DNA of 47,488 bases from an uncultured Geobacteraceae bacterium (GCA_964526315.1 CAZGKZ010000001.1:1-47488); one strand, 5' to 3'; positions 31,294-42,355 are shown, counted from the stretch's first letter. The notes: generated by a model from the letters alone, not told the origin. A program made the numbers and translations.

Positions 31294-31650
31294 ATGCCAA
31301 GAGTAAAAAGAGGATTTAAAGCTAGACGTCGTCGTAATAAAGTACTGAAACTTGCAAAAGGTTACCGTGGCGCAAGGAGTAAATTATATCGTTCAGCAAC
31401 AGAAGCCGTTGACCGGGCGCTTAATTATGCTTATCGCGATCGCCGTGTCAAAAAGCGGGATTTCAGGGCTCTCTGGATTGCTAGAATCAATGCGGCTGCC
31501 CGTGATAATGGTCTCTCCTATAGCCGGATGATTTATGGTTTGAAAAAGGCTGAAGTTGCTTTGGATCGAAAGATTATGGCAGATCTTGCAGTCAATGATC
31601 CTGCAGGATTTACGGTTGTTGCTGAAGCCGCTAAGGCACAGTTACAATAG
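31294..31650 (+). CDS. rplT: 50S ribosomal protein L20
   Basis: MPRVKRG...[24 protein letters not shown]. Confidence 0.98.
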   Translation: MPRVKRGFKARRRRNKVLKLAKGYRGARSKLYRSATEAVDRALNYAYRDRRVKKRDFRALWIARINAAARDNGLSYSRMIYGLKKAEVALDRKIMADLAVNDPAGFTVVAEAAKAQLQ

Positions 31651-31669
31651 ACTATTTTTAGTTTATTTA

Positions 31670-31704
31670 GGGAGATGAAGTGCTAGGCTTCATCTCCTTT
31701 TTTT
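31670..31704 (+). terminator. Intrinsic terminator after rplT
   Basis: GGAGATGAAGT-gctag-GCTTCATCTCC followed by T7. Confidence 0.85.
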
Positions 31705-31775
31705 GTTTTAGGCCGGTTTGCTTTACAACTTTAATAATACAATATGTCCCAATTATTATGGGATTGCTTTGATGA

Positions 31776-32804
<1,029 letters not shown>

Positions 32805-32826
32805 TTTTGGGCAAGGAATTCGATAA

Positions 32827-35235
32827 ATGATAGTCACCTACAACTGGTTAAAAGAATTTGTAGATTTTGATTTTACCCCGCAGGAGCTCTGTGATCGTTT
32901 GACCATGGCAGGTCTTGAGGTTGATGCTCTGGTCAATATCGGTGGAGACCTGGATTCGGTTATTGTTGCGCAACTTGATTCTGTGGACGCACATCCGGAT
33001 GCTGATCGGTTAACCGTATGTCAGGTGAACACTGGCACAGACGTTGTGCAGGTCGTTTGCGGAGCCACGAATCATAAAACCGGTGATCTTATCGCTCTGG
33101 CTCAGCCTGGTTCGGTATTACCCGGTGATTTTAAAATCAAAAAATCAAAAATACGTGGCCAGGTTTCTCTGGGTATGCTCTGTTCTGAAAAAGAGTTGGC
33201 TCTGGCAGAAGATTCGCCCGGGATTATGATTCTTCCCCCCGACTTACCCCTTGGACAACCGGTTTTTGATGCTCTCGGGTTAAAAGATTACCAGATTGAA
33301 ATAGGTCTGACCCCAAATCGACCAGATTGTTTGAGTGTTGTCGGCGTGGCTCGGGAAGTTGCTGCTTTGGCTGGGGCAAAATTAAAAATACCAGTACCTC
33401 AATTCAGTGAGGTTGCCTCGACAATAACTGAATTTGCCACTGTGACGATTGAAAATGAAGAGGGGTGTCCACGTTATGCCGCGCGGATGATCAAGGATGT
33501 AAAAATTGGACCTTCCCCGGACTGGATGGTTCACCGTCTGGAAGCTGTCGGGATGCGTTCCATTAATAATGTTGTTGATGTCACCAATTATGTGATGTTG
33601 GAACTGGGCCATCCTCTCCATGCGTTTGATTTCAGATATCTGCATGGTGGAAAGATTAATGTTAAATCGGCAGATGATGGAGAAAAATTTACCACTCTCG
33701 ATGATCAGATCCATACTCTTTGCGCTGAAGATCTGATGATCTGTGATGGACAGCAGCCGGTTGCTATGGCAGGAGTTATGGGTGGGCTTGACTCTGAAGT
33801 TAAAGATGATAGTGAAACAATTTTACTCGAAGCTGCCTATTTTAAACCAACAATGATCAGACGGACCAGCAAAAGGCACGGTTTGCATACTGAATCATCG
33901 CATCGTTTTGAGCGTGGTGCCGATATCGATATGATTCCGATTGCTCTTAATCGTGCTGCCAGCCTTATTGCAGAGTTAAGCGGTGGTCAAATTATATCTG
34001 GGATGATCGATGTTTATCCGCAGCAGTTGAAACCGGTCAGTATTGAGATGAGTGTCCAGACAACCAAAGATTTACTTGATATCCCGGTTGACCGTAAAAC
34101 CATTCAGACTTTACTGGAGTCAGTAGAATTATCCACTAAACCCGGAACAAGTTCTGATTTGCTGCAGGTTGAGATCCCCAGCTTCCGGCCCGATTTGGAA
34201 CGGCAAGTTGATCTGATTGAGGAAGTCGCACGTCTCTATGGATATGACAAAATTCCCGTCACTATGCCGGTTGGGACTGTTGACGCAAAATTACCGCCAC
34301 TGCGACAGCGGCTGCAGAAGACTCTCCAGCAGGCGATGGTTTCAGCTGGATTTTCGGAGACAATTAACTATTCTTTTGTGGCATCTGACAGTATTGGCAA
34401 AATTGGAATTCCCGCCGAGGATGAACGCTCAATCCATGTCAGGATATTAAATCCATTATCGGAAGATCAGGTAGTTATGCGGACCAGTTTGGTGCCAAGT
34501 TTATTGGAAACTGTTTCGCGTAACCTGAACTATCGCAGCTCTGATTTGCGCTTGTTTGAATTGCGTCCGGTATTCATTACCTTGGGCGAATCTGACGCAT
34601 GCATTGAGAAACTTTCGCTGACGGCAGTCATGTCTGGTCGACGAGAGCCTGAGGGATGGGCTCAAACTACAGCGTCTGTTGACTTCTATGATCTTAAAGG
34701 TGTTGTTGAAGAAACCCTCGCAACTATAGGTATCAAAAGCGTTACTTTTGATTCTGATACCTCTCAGCCATACCTCCATCCAGGTAAATCTTGTGGTCTG
34801 TTCGCCGATCAGCAACAATTAGGTTTTTTGGGTGAGGTTCACCCAGAGGTTCTGACAACTTTTAATATTGATCAGCCGGTCTACTTATTTGAGCTTGATG
34901 TGGAAGCTGCTATTTCCCTGACGGGTAAGCATACTCAATTTAAAGCTCTTTCACGTTTTCCCGACATGCTTCGTGATAGTGCCTTGTTGTTAGATGAATC
35001 AGTGACGGCAGCTGACGTTATGGAGATTGTCAATAGAGGTAAAAACAAGTTTTTTGAGAGTGCAGTTATTTTTGATCTCTATACCGGAAAGGGTATTCCT
35101 GCCGGCAAGAAGAGTCTTGCTATCAGGGTTCGCTATCGGGACCTCAAAAAAACTTTGACCGAAGCCGAGGTGAATAAATCGCATGATAAACTGATTCGTT
35201 CGCTCTGCCATCAATTGAATGCAGAAATTCGCTAA
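32827..35235 (+). CDS. pheT: Phenylalanine--tRNA ligase beta subunit
   Basis: HPDADRL, VVCGA, LTPNRPD, RFERG and DLIEEVAR motifs; C-terminal ferredoxin-fold domain. Confidence 0.98.
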   Translation: MIVTYNWLKEFVDFDFTPQELCDRLTMAGLEVDALVNIGGDLDSVIVAQLDSVDAHPDADRLTVCQVNTGTDVVQVVCGATNHKTGDLIALAQPGSVLPGDFKIKKSKIRGQVSLGMLCSEKELALAEDSPGIMILPPDLPLGQPVFDALGLKDYQIEIGLTPNRPDCLSVVGVAREVAALAGAKLKIPVPQFSEVASTITEFATVTIENEEGCPRYAARMIKDVKIGPSPDWMVHRLEAVGMRSINNVVDVTNYVMLELGHPLHAFDFRYLHGGKINVKSADDGEKFTTLDDQIHTLCAEDLMICDGQQPVAMAGVMGGLDSEVKDDSETILLEAAYFKPTMIRRTSKRHGLHTESSHRFERGADIDMIPIALNRAASLIAELSGGQIISGMIDVYPQQLKPVSIEMSVQTTKDLLDIPVDRKTIQTLLESVELSTKPGTSSDLLQVEIPSFRPDLERQVDLIEEVARLYGYDKIPVTMPVGTVDAKLPPLRQRLQKTLQQAMVSAGFSETINYSFVASDSIGKIGIPAEDERSIHVRILNPLSEDQVVMRTSLVPSLLETVSRNLNYRSSDLRLFELRPVFITLGESDACIEKLSLTAVMSGRREPEGWAQTTASVDFYDLKGVVEETLATIGIKSVTFDSDTSQPYLHPGKSCGLFADQQQLGFLGEVHPEVLTTFNIDQPVYLFELDVEAAISLTGKHTQFKALSRFPDMLRDSALLLDESVTAADVMEIVNRGKNKFFESAVIFDLYTGKGIPAGKKSLAIRVRYRDLKKTLTEAEVNKSHDKLIRSLCHQLNAEIR

Positions 35236-35241
35236 TTGAAC

Positions 35242-35270
35242 TTGCAGACAAATAATCGGTATGGTATAAA
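35242..35270 (+). promoter_or_regulatory. Sigma70-type promoter of ihfA
   Basis: TTGCAG-N17-TATAAA with an extended -10 TG. Confidence 0.6.
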
Positions 35271-35335
35271 TCCAGAAAAATCAGATAGATAGTAGACCCC
35301 ATAAAAACGCATATCAGTCTTTAGCGGGAGGGATC

Positions 35336-35617
35336 ATGACCAAAGCAGATCTTATAGAAAGTGTTTACCTGACCACCGGTTTTTCCAAAAAAGAGTCAGC
35401 TGCCATTGTTGAGATGGTTTTTGATTTAATGAAATCGACCCTGGAAAATGGTGAAAAAATCAAGATTGCTGGTTTTGGCAATTTTGTTGTTAAAGAGAAA
35501 GCTGCCCGACGTGGTAGAAATCCGCAGACCGGCGGGGAAATAGAAATATCTGCCCGTAAAATTTTGACATTTAAGCCGAGCCAGGTGCTTAAGGTTGCAA
35601 TTAACGAAACCTCTTGA
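35336..35617 (+). CDS. ihfA: Integration host factor alpha subunit
   Basis: MTKADL, GFGNF and RRGRNPQTG motifs; pheT-ihfA synteny. Confidence 0.93.
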   Translation: MTKADLIESVYLTTGFSKKESAAIVEMVFDLMKSTLENGEKIKIAGFGNFVVKEKAARRGRNPQTGGEIEISARKILTFKPSQVLKVAINETS

Positions 35618-35636
35618 TGTTATGTGAGCTGAACTG

Positions 35637-35996
35637 GTGCCACAGATACCTGATAAGCTCTATTTTAAGATTGGTGAAGTTGCTGCGTTGCTGCAACTGA
35701 AGACCCATGTTTTGCGTTATTGGGAAACTGAATTTTCAGTTCTTCAACCGGTAAAAAGTAGTTCCAATCAACGACTTTACCGGCGCAAAGATGTAGAAAC
35801 CGCTTTGATGATAAAAGAGCTACTTTATCGTCAAGGTTTCACCATAGCGGGTGCCCGCAAAAAATTGCATGCAGACAAACAACTTCCTTTGCCATTGTCT
35901 GATCCCCATTCTCCAGAAAAAACTCTCGTTGCTATCAAAGCAGACCTGCTTCAACTCCGTAAATACTTACATGACTCACCAGGGATAAAAGAATAA
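35637..35996 (+). CDS. MerR family transcriptional regulator (ihfA-associated)
   Basis: [28 protein letters not shown] and QGFTIAGA motifs. Confidence 0.92.
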   Translation: MPQIPDKLYFKIGEVAALLQLKTHVLRYWETEFSVLQPVKSSSNQRLYRRKDVETALMIKELLYRQGFTIAGARKKLHADKQLPLPLSDPHSPEKTLVAIKADLLQLRKYLHDSPGIKE

Positions 35997-36137
35997 GTGC
36001 TATCTTTTGTCTCTAATGATGTTTGTACAGGTTCTCTTCTCTCGCTGGATAACTTACTGCGCATAACTTTGCATCAGCAAAAACAATTTACTGCGATCGT
36101 ATGTTGGTCATTTGAACAACTTTCGGGTGAATTCTGA
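35997..36137 (+). pseudogene. 46-codon mini-ORF, possible surE remnant
   Basis: GTG immediately follows the merR stop and TGA overlaps the pcm ATG. Translation [46 protein letters not shown] has a SurE-like start. Confidence 0.35.
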
Positions 36138-36775
36138 TGGATTACACGATTGCCAGAAGGCGGATGGTTGAGCAACAGATTGTGTCGCGAGGGGTTGTTG
36201 ATCAGCGGGTCATTGATGCAATGTTAGCTATCCCCCGACATCTATTTGTCGAGGCAGGTTTACAGAGTCACGCTTATGGCGATGCAGCATTGCCGATTGG
36301 TGAGAAACAGACGATTTCTCAGCCTTATATGGTAGCTGTTATGACCGCAAGTCTTGAGTTGCAAGGGGATGAGAGGATTCTGGAAATTGGTACCGGATCT
36401 GGGTACCAAACTGCCGTATTGTCGAAGTTGGTTAAGCGTGTTTATTCTATTGAGAGAATTGCGATTCTTGCCGGGCGGGCCAGAAAAATTCTTGATCAAC
36501 TGCAACTTAGTAATGTTAATATTAAAATCGGTGATGGAACCATTGGTTGGGAAAACCAGGCCCCTTTTTCAGGGATTCTTGTTGCCGCAGGATCCCCGGA
36601 TGTTCCGCAAAAATATTTGGATCAACTGGATATCGGGGGGAGATTAGTATTGCCGGTAGGGGATCAAAAGCAACAAACTTTAGTTCGGATAACCCGTAAG
36701 GGACAAGATCATTTTGAAAAGGAACAGATGATGGGGTGTCGCTTTGTCCCTCTGATTGGTGAGCAGGGTTGGTAA
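36137..36775 (+). CDS. pcm: Protein-L-isoaspartate O-methyltransferase
   Basis: [16 protein letters not shown] and RFVPL motifs. Confidence 0.96.
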   Translation: MDYTIARRRMVEQQIVSRGVVDQRVIDAMLAIPRHLFVEAGLQSHAYGDAALPIGEKQTISQPYMVAVMTASLELQGDERILEIGTGSGYQTAVLSKLVKRVYSIERIAILAGRARKILDQLQLSNVNIKIGDGTIGWENQAPFSGILVAAGSPDVPQKYLDQLDIGGRLVLPVGDQKQQTLVRITRKGQDHFEKEQMMGCRFVPLIGEQGW

Positions 36776-36860
36776 GAGCGATTGTTTTTATAGGAATGAA
36801 TATGATTTTTTTATTCTCAAAAACTAATTTATCTCATAATGCAAATTTTCTGCGGCAGCT

Positions 36861-37643
36861 ATGTTGTCGATGATGAATTCTGTGCTGAAAATACGTACAG
36901 TCCTTCTATTGTTTGGTTTTTTCTGCCTCTTTCTTGTTGCCTGCGAAGCAGGGGTTTACCATACGGTTAAACCGGGCCAGACACTGTACCGGATCAGTCG
37001 CACTTATGCTGTTGATGAGGCCTACCTGGTTCGCGTCAATGGAATTTCTAATCCGTCTCATATCCCCATAGGGACACGTCTTTATATTCCCGGAGCAAAA
37101 AAAACATTATCAGTTCCGGTTGTAAGGCCCAAGACAGCAAGTAAGCCAAAGTCTACTTCGACAAAGAAGAAAAAGGTAATTGTTTCCACGTCCAAGAGCC
37201 AAACTAAAAAACCAAAAGCAGCGGTAAGTAAAGTAAAAATACCAGTATTAATACCGAAGGCGACTCAGGTTAAACATTTGCAGTGGCCATTGCGCGGTAA
37301 AATTGTGAGATCTTTCAGTAATAAAGCGGTCGCTGGTGGTGGAAAAGGGATAGAAATAGCCGTACGAGCGGGAAGTAGTGTATCTGCGGCAGAGGCTGGC
37401 AAGGTTATCTATAGTGGCGATGGTGTCAGTGGATATGCTCATCTGATTATTCTACGGCATGAAAATGATCTTTTCACAGTTTATGGTTTTAATCGTAAAA
37501 ATCTCGTCAAACAGGGGGATTTTGTCAGTAAGGGGGAGCGTATTGCTCTCTCGGGCACTCCGCCAGCAGGTGGTCGACCACGGCTTCACTTTGAAGTGCG
37601 GAAAGGGAAAGTAGCAGTCAATCCGATTTTGTACTTGCCATGA
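36861..37643 (+). CDS. nlpD: LysM + M23 lipoprotein (NlpD-like)
   Basis: Lipobox FLVAC, LysM HTVKPGQTLYRIS, Lys-rich linker and degenerate M23 domain (KGIEI, LHFEVR). pcm-nlpD-rpoS order. Confidence 0.85.
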   Translation: MLSMMNSVLKIRTVLLLFGFFCLFLVACEAGVYHTVKPGQTLYRISRTYAVDEAYLVRVNGISNPSHIPIGTRLYIPGAKKTLSVPVVRPKTASKPKSTSTKKKKVIVSTSKSQTKKPKAAVSKVKIPVLIPKATQVKHLQWPLRGKIVRSFSNKAVAGGGKGIEIAVRAGSSVSAAEAGKVIYSGDGVSGYAHLIILRHENDLFTVYGFNRKNLVKQGDFVSKGERIALSGTPPAGGRPRLHFEVRKGKVAVNPILYLP

Positions 37644-37701
37644 TAATTTTGCGCCATTAAATTGTATATTCGTTTGATATCAAATTGCTGCGGAGGTCTC
37701 T

Positions 37702-38628
37702 ATGGATAGTTTAGGCTCAAAAGGTAAGAGCAAGACTGCTCATAAAGGCAAGAATAATAAACTGGAGGGCAAAGAAGATAGTATTTCTGCTGGTGAGCAG
37801 TATGCTACAGCTGATGCTACCAAACTTTATCTGCAGGAGATTCAGAAGAGCCAACTCCTCACTGCCGAAGATGAAAAAGAATTGGCCGGGTTGATTGCCG
37901 AGGGTGATGCTGCCGCAAGGGAGCGGATGATTGAATCAAATCTACGTTTGGTGGTTAAGATTGCCAAACGTTATATGAATCGTGGTTTGCCTTTTCTTGA
38001 TTTAATCGAGGAAGGGAATATGGGTCTCATTAAGGCGGTGGAAAAGTTTAAAGTGAGTAAGGGGTGTCGATTTTCTACCTATGCTACCTGGTGGATACGT
38101 CAATCGATAGAGCGTTCTATTGTCAATCAGAGTCGAACCATTCGTCTTCCGGTTCATGTCGCCGATGATATCAATAAGTTGGTCAAGATCAGCCGCGAAC
38201 TTGTCCAGCGTTTAAAACGCGACCCTGATACGGAAGAAATTGCCGCTGCGATGGGTACGGACGTCAAGCATGTCCGGCGGATGATGATTTTAGTTAAGCG
38301 AACTTATTCGATGGAGCACCCTCTTGGTGAAGGTAATGATTATAGTCTGATCGATACTATTGAAGACACAAAACTGGTTAATTCTGCCCGTAAAATAGAA
38401 GATCTGGATCGTTTTTCTCACGTTTTAAATTGGATGGAAGATCTCAGTGAGAATGAGCGTGAAGTTTTGATGCTCCGGTTTGGACTTGAAGATCATGATC
38501 CACAAACCCTAGACACAATCGGGAAGAAATTTGGGGTGACCCGGGAAAGAATCAGGCAAATAGAAGCAAAAAGTTTGGCTAAATTAAGAAAATCTATGCA
38601 GGATTGTTTGTCTGATGATGAGATCTAG
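37702..38628 (+). CDS. rpoS: RNA polymerase sigma factor RpoS
   Basis: [33 protein letters not shown] and TRERIRQIE motifs. No region 1.1; follows nlpD. Confidence 0.88.
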   Translation: MDSLGSKGKSKTAHKGKNNKLEGKEDSISAGEQYATADATKLYLQEIQKSQLLTAEDEKELAGLIAEGDAAARERMIESNLRLVVKIAKRYMNRGLPFLDLIEEGNMGLIKAVEKFKVSKGCRFSTYATWWIRQSIERSIVNQSRTIRLPVHVADDINKLVKISRELVQRLKRDPDTEEIAAAMGTDVKHVRRMMILVKRTYSMEHPLGEGNDYSLIDTIEDTKLVNSARKIEDLDRFSHVLNWMEDLSENEREVLMLRFGLEDHDPQTLDTIGKKFGVTRERIRQIEAKSLAKLRKSMQDCLSDDEI

Positions 38629-38681
38629 CCCATCTCCCCGTTTTGTGGACACGATTCTGGTTTGAATAATGGAGTTTATAG

Positions 38682-39197
38682 ATGGATGAGTTAAAACAGA
38701 TTATTCGCGATATCCCTGACTTCCCTAAAAAAGGGATTATTTTTAAAGATATTACCACGTTATTATCTGATGCCAAAAGTTTTCAGCGCATGGTTGATCT
38801 TCTTGCTCATCGTTATATTGGTAAAAAAATTGATCAAATTGTGGGAATTGAAGCACGTGGTTTTATCTTAGGTTCTGCTTTGGCCTATAAGTTAGGAACC
38901 GGAATTACTCTGGTGCGTAAACCTGGAAAACTCCCTTTTCAAACCCGTAGCATCAGTTATGAACTTGAATATGGGACTGACACCTTGGAAATTCATGAAG
39001 ATGCTTTCAAAAAGGGTGACCGGATTATTCTTGCCGATGATTTATTGGCCACCGGGGGAACGATGGCAGCAGTTGTTGAATTAGTCGAAAAATCCGGGGT
39101 GGAGATTTACGAGTGTGCCTTCATGGCTGAACTGGAATTCCTGAATGGCCGAAGCAAGCTTCCCGATGGTAAAGTTTATAGTCTTTTGCAATTCTAA
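38682..39197 (+). CDS. apt: Adenine phosphoribosyltransferase
   Basis: [25 protein letters not shown] and DDLLATGGT motifs. Confidence 0.97.
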   Translation: MDELKQIIRDIPDFPKKGIIFKDITTLLSDAKSFQRMVDLLAHRYIGKKIDQIVGIEARGFILGSALAYKLGTGITLVRKPGKLPFQTRSISYELEYGTDTLEIHEDAFKKGDRIILADDLLATGGTMAAVVELVEKSGVEIYECAFMAELEFLNGRSKLPDGKVYSLLQF

Positions 39198-39264
39198 CTT
39201 ATTCATGGTTCAGCCACATAAATTCTTGTCAAATCAGATCTCTGTAAGTTATAAGCATCTCCAC

Positions 39265-39341
39265 GGCCCCGTAGCTCAGCTGGATAGAGCGGCACCCTCC
39301 TAAGGTGATTGTCGGAGGTTCGAATCCTCCCGGGGTCGCCA
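39265..39341 (+). tRNA. tRNA-Arg(CCT)
   Basis: GGCCCCG/CGGGGTC acceptor stem, loop ctCCTaa, GGAGG-TTCGAAT-CCTCC and encoded CCA. G27.A43 mismatch in the anticodon stem. Confidence 0.93.
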
Positions 39342-39342
39342 G

Positions 39343-39499
39343 TAAAGCACTGAATAAATATAGATTCGAAGCGGAATGAGCGCTGACTTAATGTCAGAAA
39401 AGCAACCATGGATGGTTGCGACAGCAAATGAAGGGGAGCCGACGCAGGTTTGGACACGAAGTCCAAACCAAAGTGGGCGAATCCTCCCGGGGTCGCCAG
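39343..39499 (+). repeat. tRNA-linked structured element ending in a duplicate of the tRNA-Arg 3' end
   Basis: CGAATCCTCCCGGGGTCGCCAG occurs at both 39321-39342 and 39478-39499, with three internal hairpins between. Confidence 0.85.
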
Positions 39500-39532
39500 A
39501 CTTAGTGGTTTGTTGTTTATCGATCACTCTGA

Positions 39533-39561
39533 TTGACACTTCTGGTTGATGTTGTTATAAG
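39533..39561 (+). promoter_or_regulatory. Sigma70-type promoter of tRNA-Val(CAC)
   Basis: TTGACA-N17-TATAAG with an extended TG, 12 nt before the tRNA. Confidence 0.75.
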
Positions 39562-39573
39562 AAATTGATATTT

Positions 39574-39648
39574 GGGCGGTTAGCTCAGGGGGAGAGCATT
39601 CGCCTCACACGCGAAGGGTCCGGGGTTCGATCCCCCGACTGCCCACCA
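39574..39648 (+). tRNA. tRNA-Val(CAC)
   Basis: GGGCGGT/ACTGCCC acceptor stem, TTCGC-ctCACac-GCGAA, GTTCGAT loop and CCA. Confidence 0.95.
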
Positions 39649-39657
39649 AGTAGAAAT

Positions 39658-39689
39658 AAGAGGTTAACCAGCGGTGGTTAACCTCTTTT
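39658..39689 (+). terminator. Intrinsic terminator after tRNA-Val(CAC)
   Basis: AAGAGGTTAACCA-gcgg-TGGTTAACCTCTT followed by TT; perfect 13-bp stem. Confidence 0.8.
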
Positions 39690-39746
39690 GCTTTGCAGTA
39701 TTTTTTTGAGAGCTAAATATATTGGTGAAGAAGGAATAACTGATCT

Positions 39747-40406
39747 ATGAGCTGTATTGTACAAAAAACTACCCCTCTTGAAATTGAAGATTGGGGTTTG
39801 ACAGATTATCAACTTGCCTTTGACCGGCAGAAGGAGATGGTTGCAGCGATCCTTGCAGGTGAGGGCCAGGATACTTTGGTATTTGTTGAACACCCTGTAA
39901 CCGTCACACTGGGTCGGCGGGCAACTGAGAATGATTTGCGTTTTTCTGAAGAAATCTTTTGTGAACGTGGAGTCTCCCTGCAAAAAATAAATCGTGGCGG
40001 TTTGGCAACGGCACATGAGCCTGGGCAATTTGTCGTGTATCCAATCGTGCAGTTGAAAAAAAAGGATTTACGTTGGTTTGCCGATCAATTCCTTACTGTT
40101 GTTGTTAATTTGTTGGCTGATTTCGGTGTCGATGGTTACCTGAAGGATGGGGAGCCCGGGGTCTGGGTTGATGGGCGAAAGATCTGCAGTTTTGGGATTG
40201 CGTTGAAAAAATGGACTTCTTCTCACGGAATTGCACTGAATTTGAATAACTCACTTGAAACTTTTAAGATGATTGTGCCATGTGGTCGACCAGGTGAAAT
40301 GGTGACATCTTTAAGCCGTGAACTTGGCCACGATGTCTCTGTGGCAGAAGCAAAGAGCCTTTTCATCGATCATTTTTGTAGAGCTTTTGCTTATCATCAA
40401 AAATAA
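39747..40406 (+). CDS. lipB: Octanoyltransferase LipB
   Basis: VEHPVTVTLGR, RGGLATAHEPGQ, KICSFG, HGIALN and IVPCG motifs. Confidence 0.93.
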   Translation: MSCIVQKTTPLEIEDWGLTDYQLAFDRQKEMVAAILAGEGQDTLVFVEHPVTVTLGRRATENDLRFSEEIFCERGVSLQKINRGGLATAHEPGQFVVYPIVQLKKKDLRWFADQFLTVVVNLLADFGVDGYLKDGEPGVWVDGRKICSFGIALKKWTSSHGIALNLNNSLETFKMIVPCGRPGEMVTSLSRELGHDVSVAEAKSLFIDHFCRAFAYHQK

Positions 40407-40534
40407 GGACTGGATCGTGGCTCAGTTTGTCAGCAAATATTTGATCTGTTTTGTAGCTAACTTTTCACATGACTCTTTGATGTAATTTTGTTATAACAAC
40501 TTAATTATTGTGGAATAAGATTAAGGAGCGTTCA

Positions 40535-41395
40535 ATGAGTACCGATTTCAAAACTGTTGTCAGCACAATTCGCGATCTTCCACCAATGCCGGCAGTTGCG
40601 GTAAAAGTTCTTGAATTACTGAATGATCCCAACGTTAATTATGAAAAACTTGGAGAGGCAATATCCAGCGATCCGGCAGTTTCTGCGCGAATGCTAAAAG
40701 TTGCTAACTCAGCATTCTATAGTATGAAGCGTCAGATAAAAACTCTGGAACATGCTATTGCTATTGTCGGTGAGCGTACGCTACGTAGTCTTGTTCTGGC
40801 TGCCAGTCTTGAGGGGATGAATAAATCCTATGGATTGCTGGAAAAAATGTTGTGGGAAGATTCTATGGGGTGCGCAATTGGTTGTCGAATTCTGGCCCGT
40901 CGTTTTTCTTCAGCAGATCCGGAGGAGGCTTTTTTAGCTGGTTTATTTCGCCACCTTGGAAAAATAGTCATGAATTATAGTGATCCCGATACTTATCGGT
41001 CTCTAGCGGAAATGGCTTATTCTGATGGAGTAAGTACCTCAGAGTTGGAAGGTCGCTTTTTTACCTATGCTCATGCGGTTGTTGGTGCAGCGGTACTGGA
41101 TAAGTGGAATTTCTCTCGGTCTATTGTTATGTCGACTCTACACCACGAAGATTTAATTATTTCTCTGGACGAAGAAGAGAACGGCGAGGCTTTATTACGT
41201 TTGACCGCAACGGTGAACTTATCTGGGCAGATTTGTCGGAAGTTGGGGATTGGCCAACGTCAGCCGGATGAAGAGTTAGATCTGTTAAATTGTCCCGGTG
41301 CTAAAGCTCTCGAATTAGACGAGCAAGAGGTTCAGAATGCTCTGATTGAAGTTGACGAAGTGTTTACTGCAAACCGTGATTCGTTTCTTGCCTAA
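40535..41395 (+). CDS. HDOD domain protein
   Basis: LPPMPAVA, DPAVSARMLKVANSAFY, AFLAGLFRHLGK and HAVVGAAVLDKWNF motifs. AAGGAG before ATG 40535. Confidence 0.9.
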   Translation: MSTDFKTVVSTIRDLPPMPAVAVKVLELLNDPNVNYEKLGEAISSDPAVSARMLKVANSAFYSMKRQIKTLEHAIAIVGERTLRSLVLAASLEGMNKSYGLLEKMLWEDSMGCAIGCRILARRFSSADPEEAFLAGLFRHLGKIVMNYSDPDTYRSLAEMAYSDGVSTSELEGRFFTYAHAVVGAAVLDKWNFSRSIVMSTLHHEDLIISLDEEENGEALLRLTATVNLSGQICRKLGIGQRQPDEELDLLNCPGAKALELDEQEVQNALIEVDEVFTANRDSFLA

Positions 41396-41440
41396 CGGTG
41401 AAGCATAGAAGGTGGATTGTCGGTTTTGATATCTTTCTGT

Positions 41441-41470
41441 AGGGAGACCAAATATTTGGTCTCCCTTTTT
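41441..41470 (+). terminator. Intrinsic terminator after the HDOD gene
   Basis: Perfect 26-bp palindrome AGGGAGACCAAATATTTGGTCTCCCT followed by a T-run. Confidence 0.8.
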
Positions 41471-41496
41471 ATTTGTCACGCTGTTATTATTTCGTT

Positions 41497-42228
41497 ATGA
41501 AAGAACGTTTGGATAAATTGTTAGTGCAGCGGGGGCTTGTTGTTTCCAGGGAGCGCGCTCGGGCTTTGATTCTGGCCGGTAAAGTCATTGTTGATGATCA
41601 CCGGGTGGACAAGGCTGGCGTCCAGGTTCATGTCGATTCGGATTTACGGCTGAAGGGGGAAGATATCCCATATGTTTCGCGTGGCGGCTTAAAGCTGGAA
41701 AAAGCTCTCCATGAATTTGCCGTGATCGTCAGGGATAAAATAGCTATCGATGTTGGTGCATCAACCGGTGGATTCAGTGATTGTCTTCTCCAGTTTGGAG
41801 CAAAAAAAGTTTATGCGGTCGATGTCGGCTATGGACAGTTAGCTTGGAGTCTGCGTGAAAATTCACAGATTATTAATCTGGAGAGGACCAATATTAGGCA
41901 TCTGCAGCCCTCGCAACTTGATGATATCCCGGCATTAGCTGTTATTGACGCCTCGTTTATTTCATTGTCAAAAGTCTTACCAAATACCCTCAGTTTGCTG
42001 ACTGATGACGCTGAAGTGATCGCTCTGATTAAACCTCAGTTTGAGGTTGGTAAAGGGCAGGTTGGTAAGGGGGGGGTGGTAAAGGATCGATCATTACATG
42101 ATCAGGTTGTTAAGCAAATCTGTGATTTAGTGACGGAACTTGGTTGTCAAGTTCTCGGAATTACTGAGAGTCCAATTTTAGGACCAAAAGGCAATCGTGA
42201 ATTCCTGATTTATTTACAAAAAAAGTGA
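41497..42228 (+). CDS. tlyA: TlyA family rRNA 2'-O-methyltransferase
   Basis: S4 domain KERLD, YVSRGGLKL, DVGASTGGF, LIKPQFE and GNREF motifs. Confidence 0.95.
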   Translation: MKERLDKLLVQRGLVVSRERARALILAGKVIVDDHRVDKAGVQVHVDSDLRLKGEDIPYVSRGGLKLEKALHEFAVIVRDKIAIDVGASTGGFSDCLLQFGAKKVYAVDVGYGQLAWSLRENSQIINLERTNIRHLQPSQLDDIPALAVIDASFISLSKVLPNTLSLLTDDAEVIALIKPQFEVGKGQVGKGGVVKDRSLHDQVVKQICDLVTELGCQVLGITESPILGPKGNREFLIYLQKK

Positions 42229-42355
42229 AAATACTAATTCAGTTAGATATTAGCTTGATATTATTTCTAAGATGTTTAATTCTTACCCTGAAATCCTGAA
42301 TGGGACGGCAAACTTCCTGTGGGGATTTGTTAGATTTTAATTTAGGGAGATTTTA

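Noticed and set aside
35278-35325. IHF autoregulatory sites upstream of ihfA
   Set aside because: The best matches have two or more mismatches in an AT-rich context.
39321-39499. CRISPR array or prophage at tRNA-Arg
   Set aside because: Only two repeat copies with a 135-bp interval, no cas or integrase gene, and core genes on both sides.
39203-39539. ORFs 39203..39466 and 39300..39539 (-) sharing GDPGRIR
   Set aside because: The peptide repeat is only the antisense translation of the duplicated tRNA 3' end.
42286-42335. c-di-GMP-I riboswitch-like words (GAAA...GGGACGGCAAAC) upstream of hinT
   Set aside because: The motif order and P1/P2 pairing do not fit the GEMM consensus.
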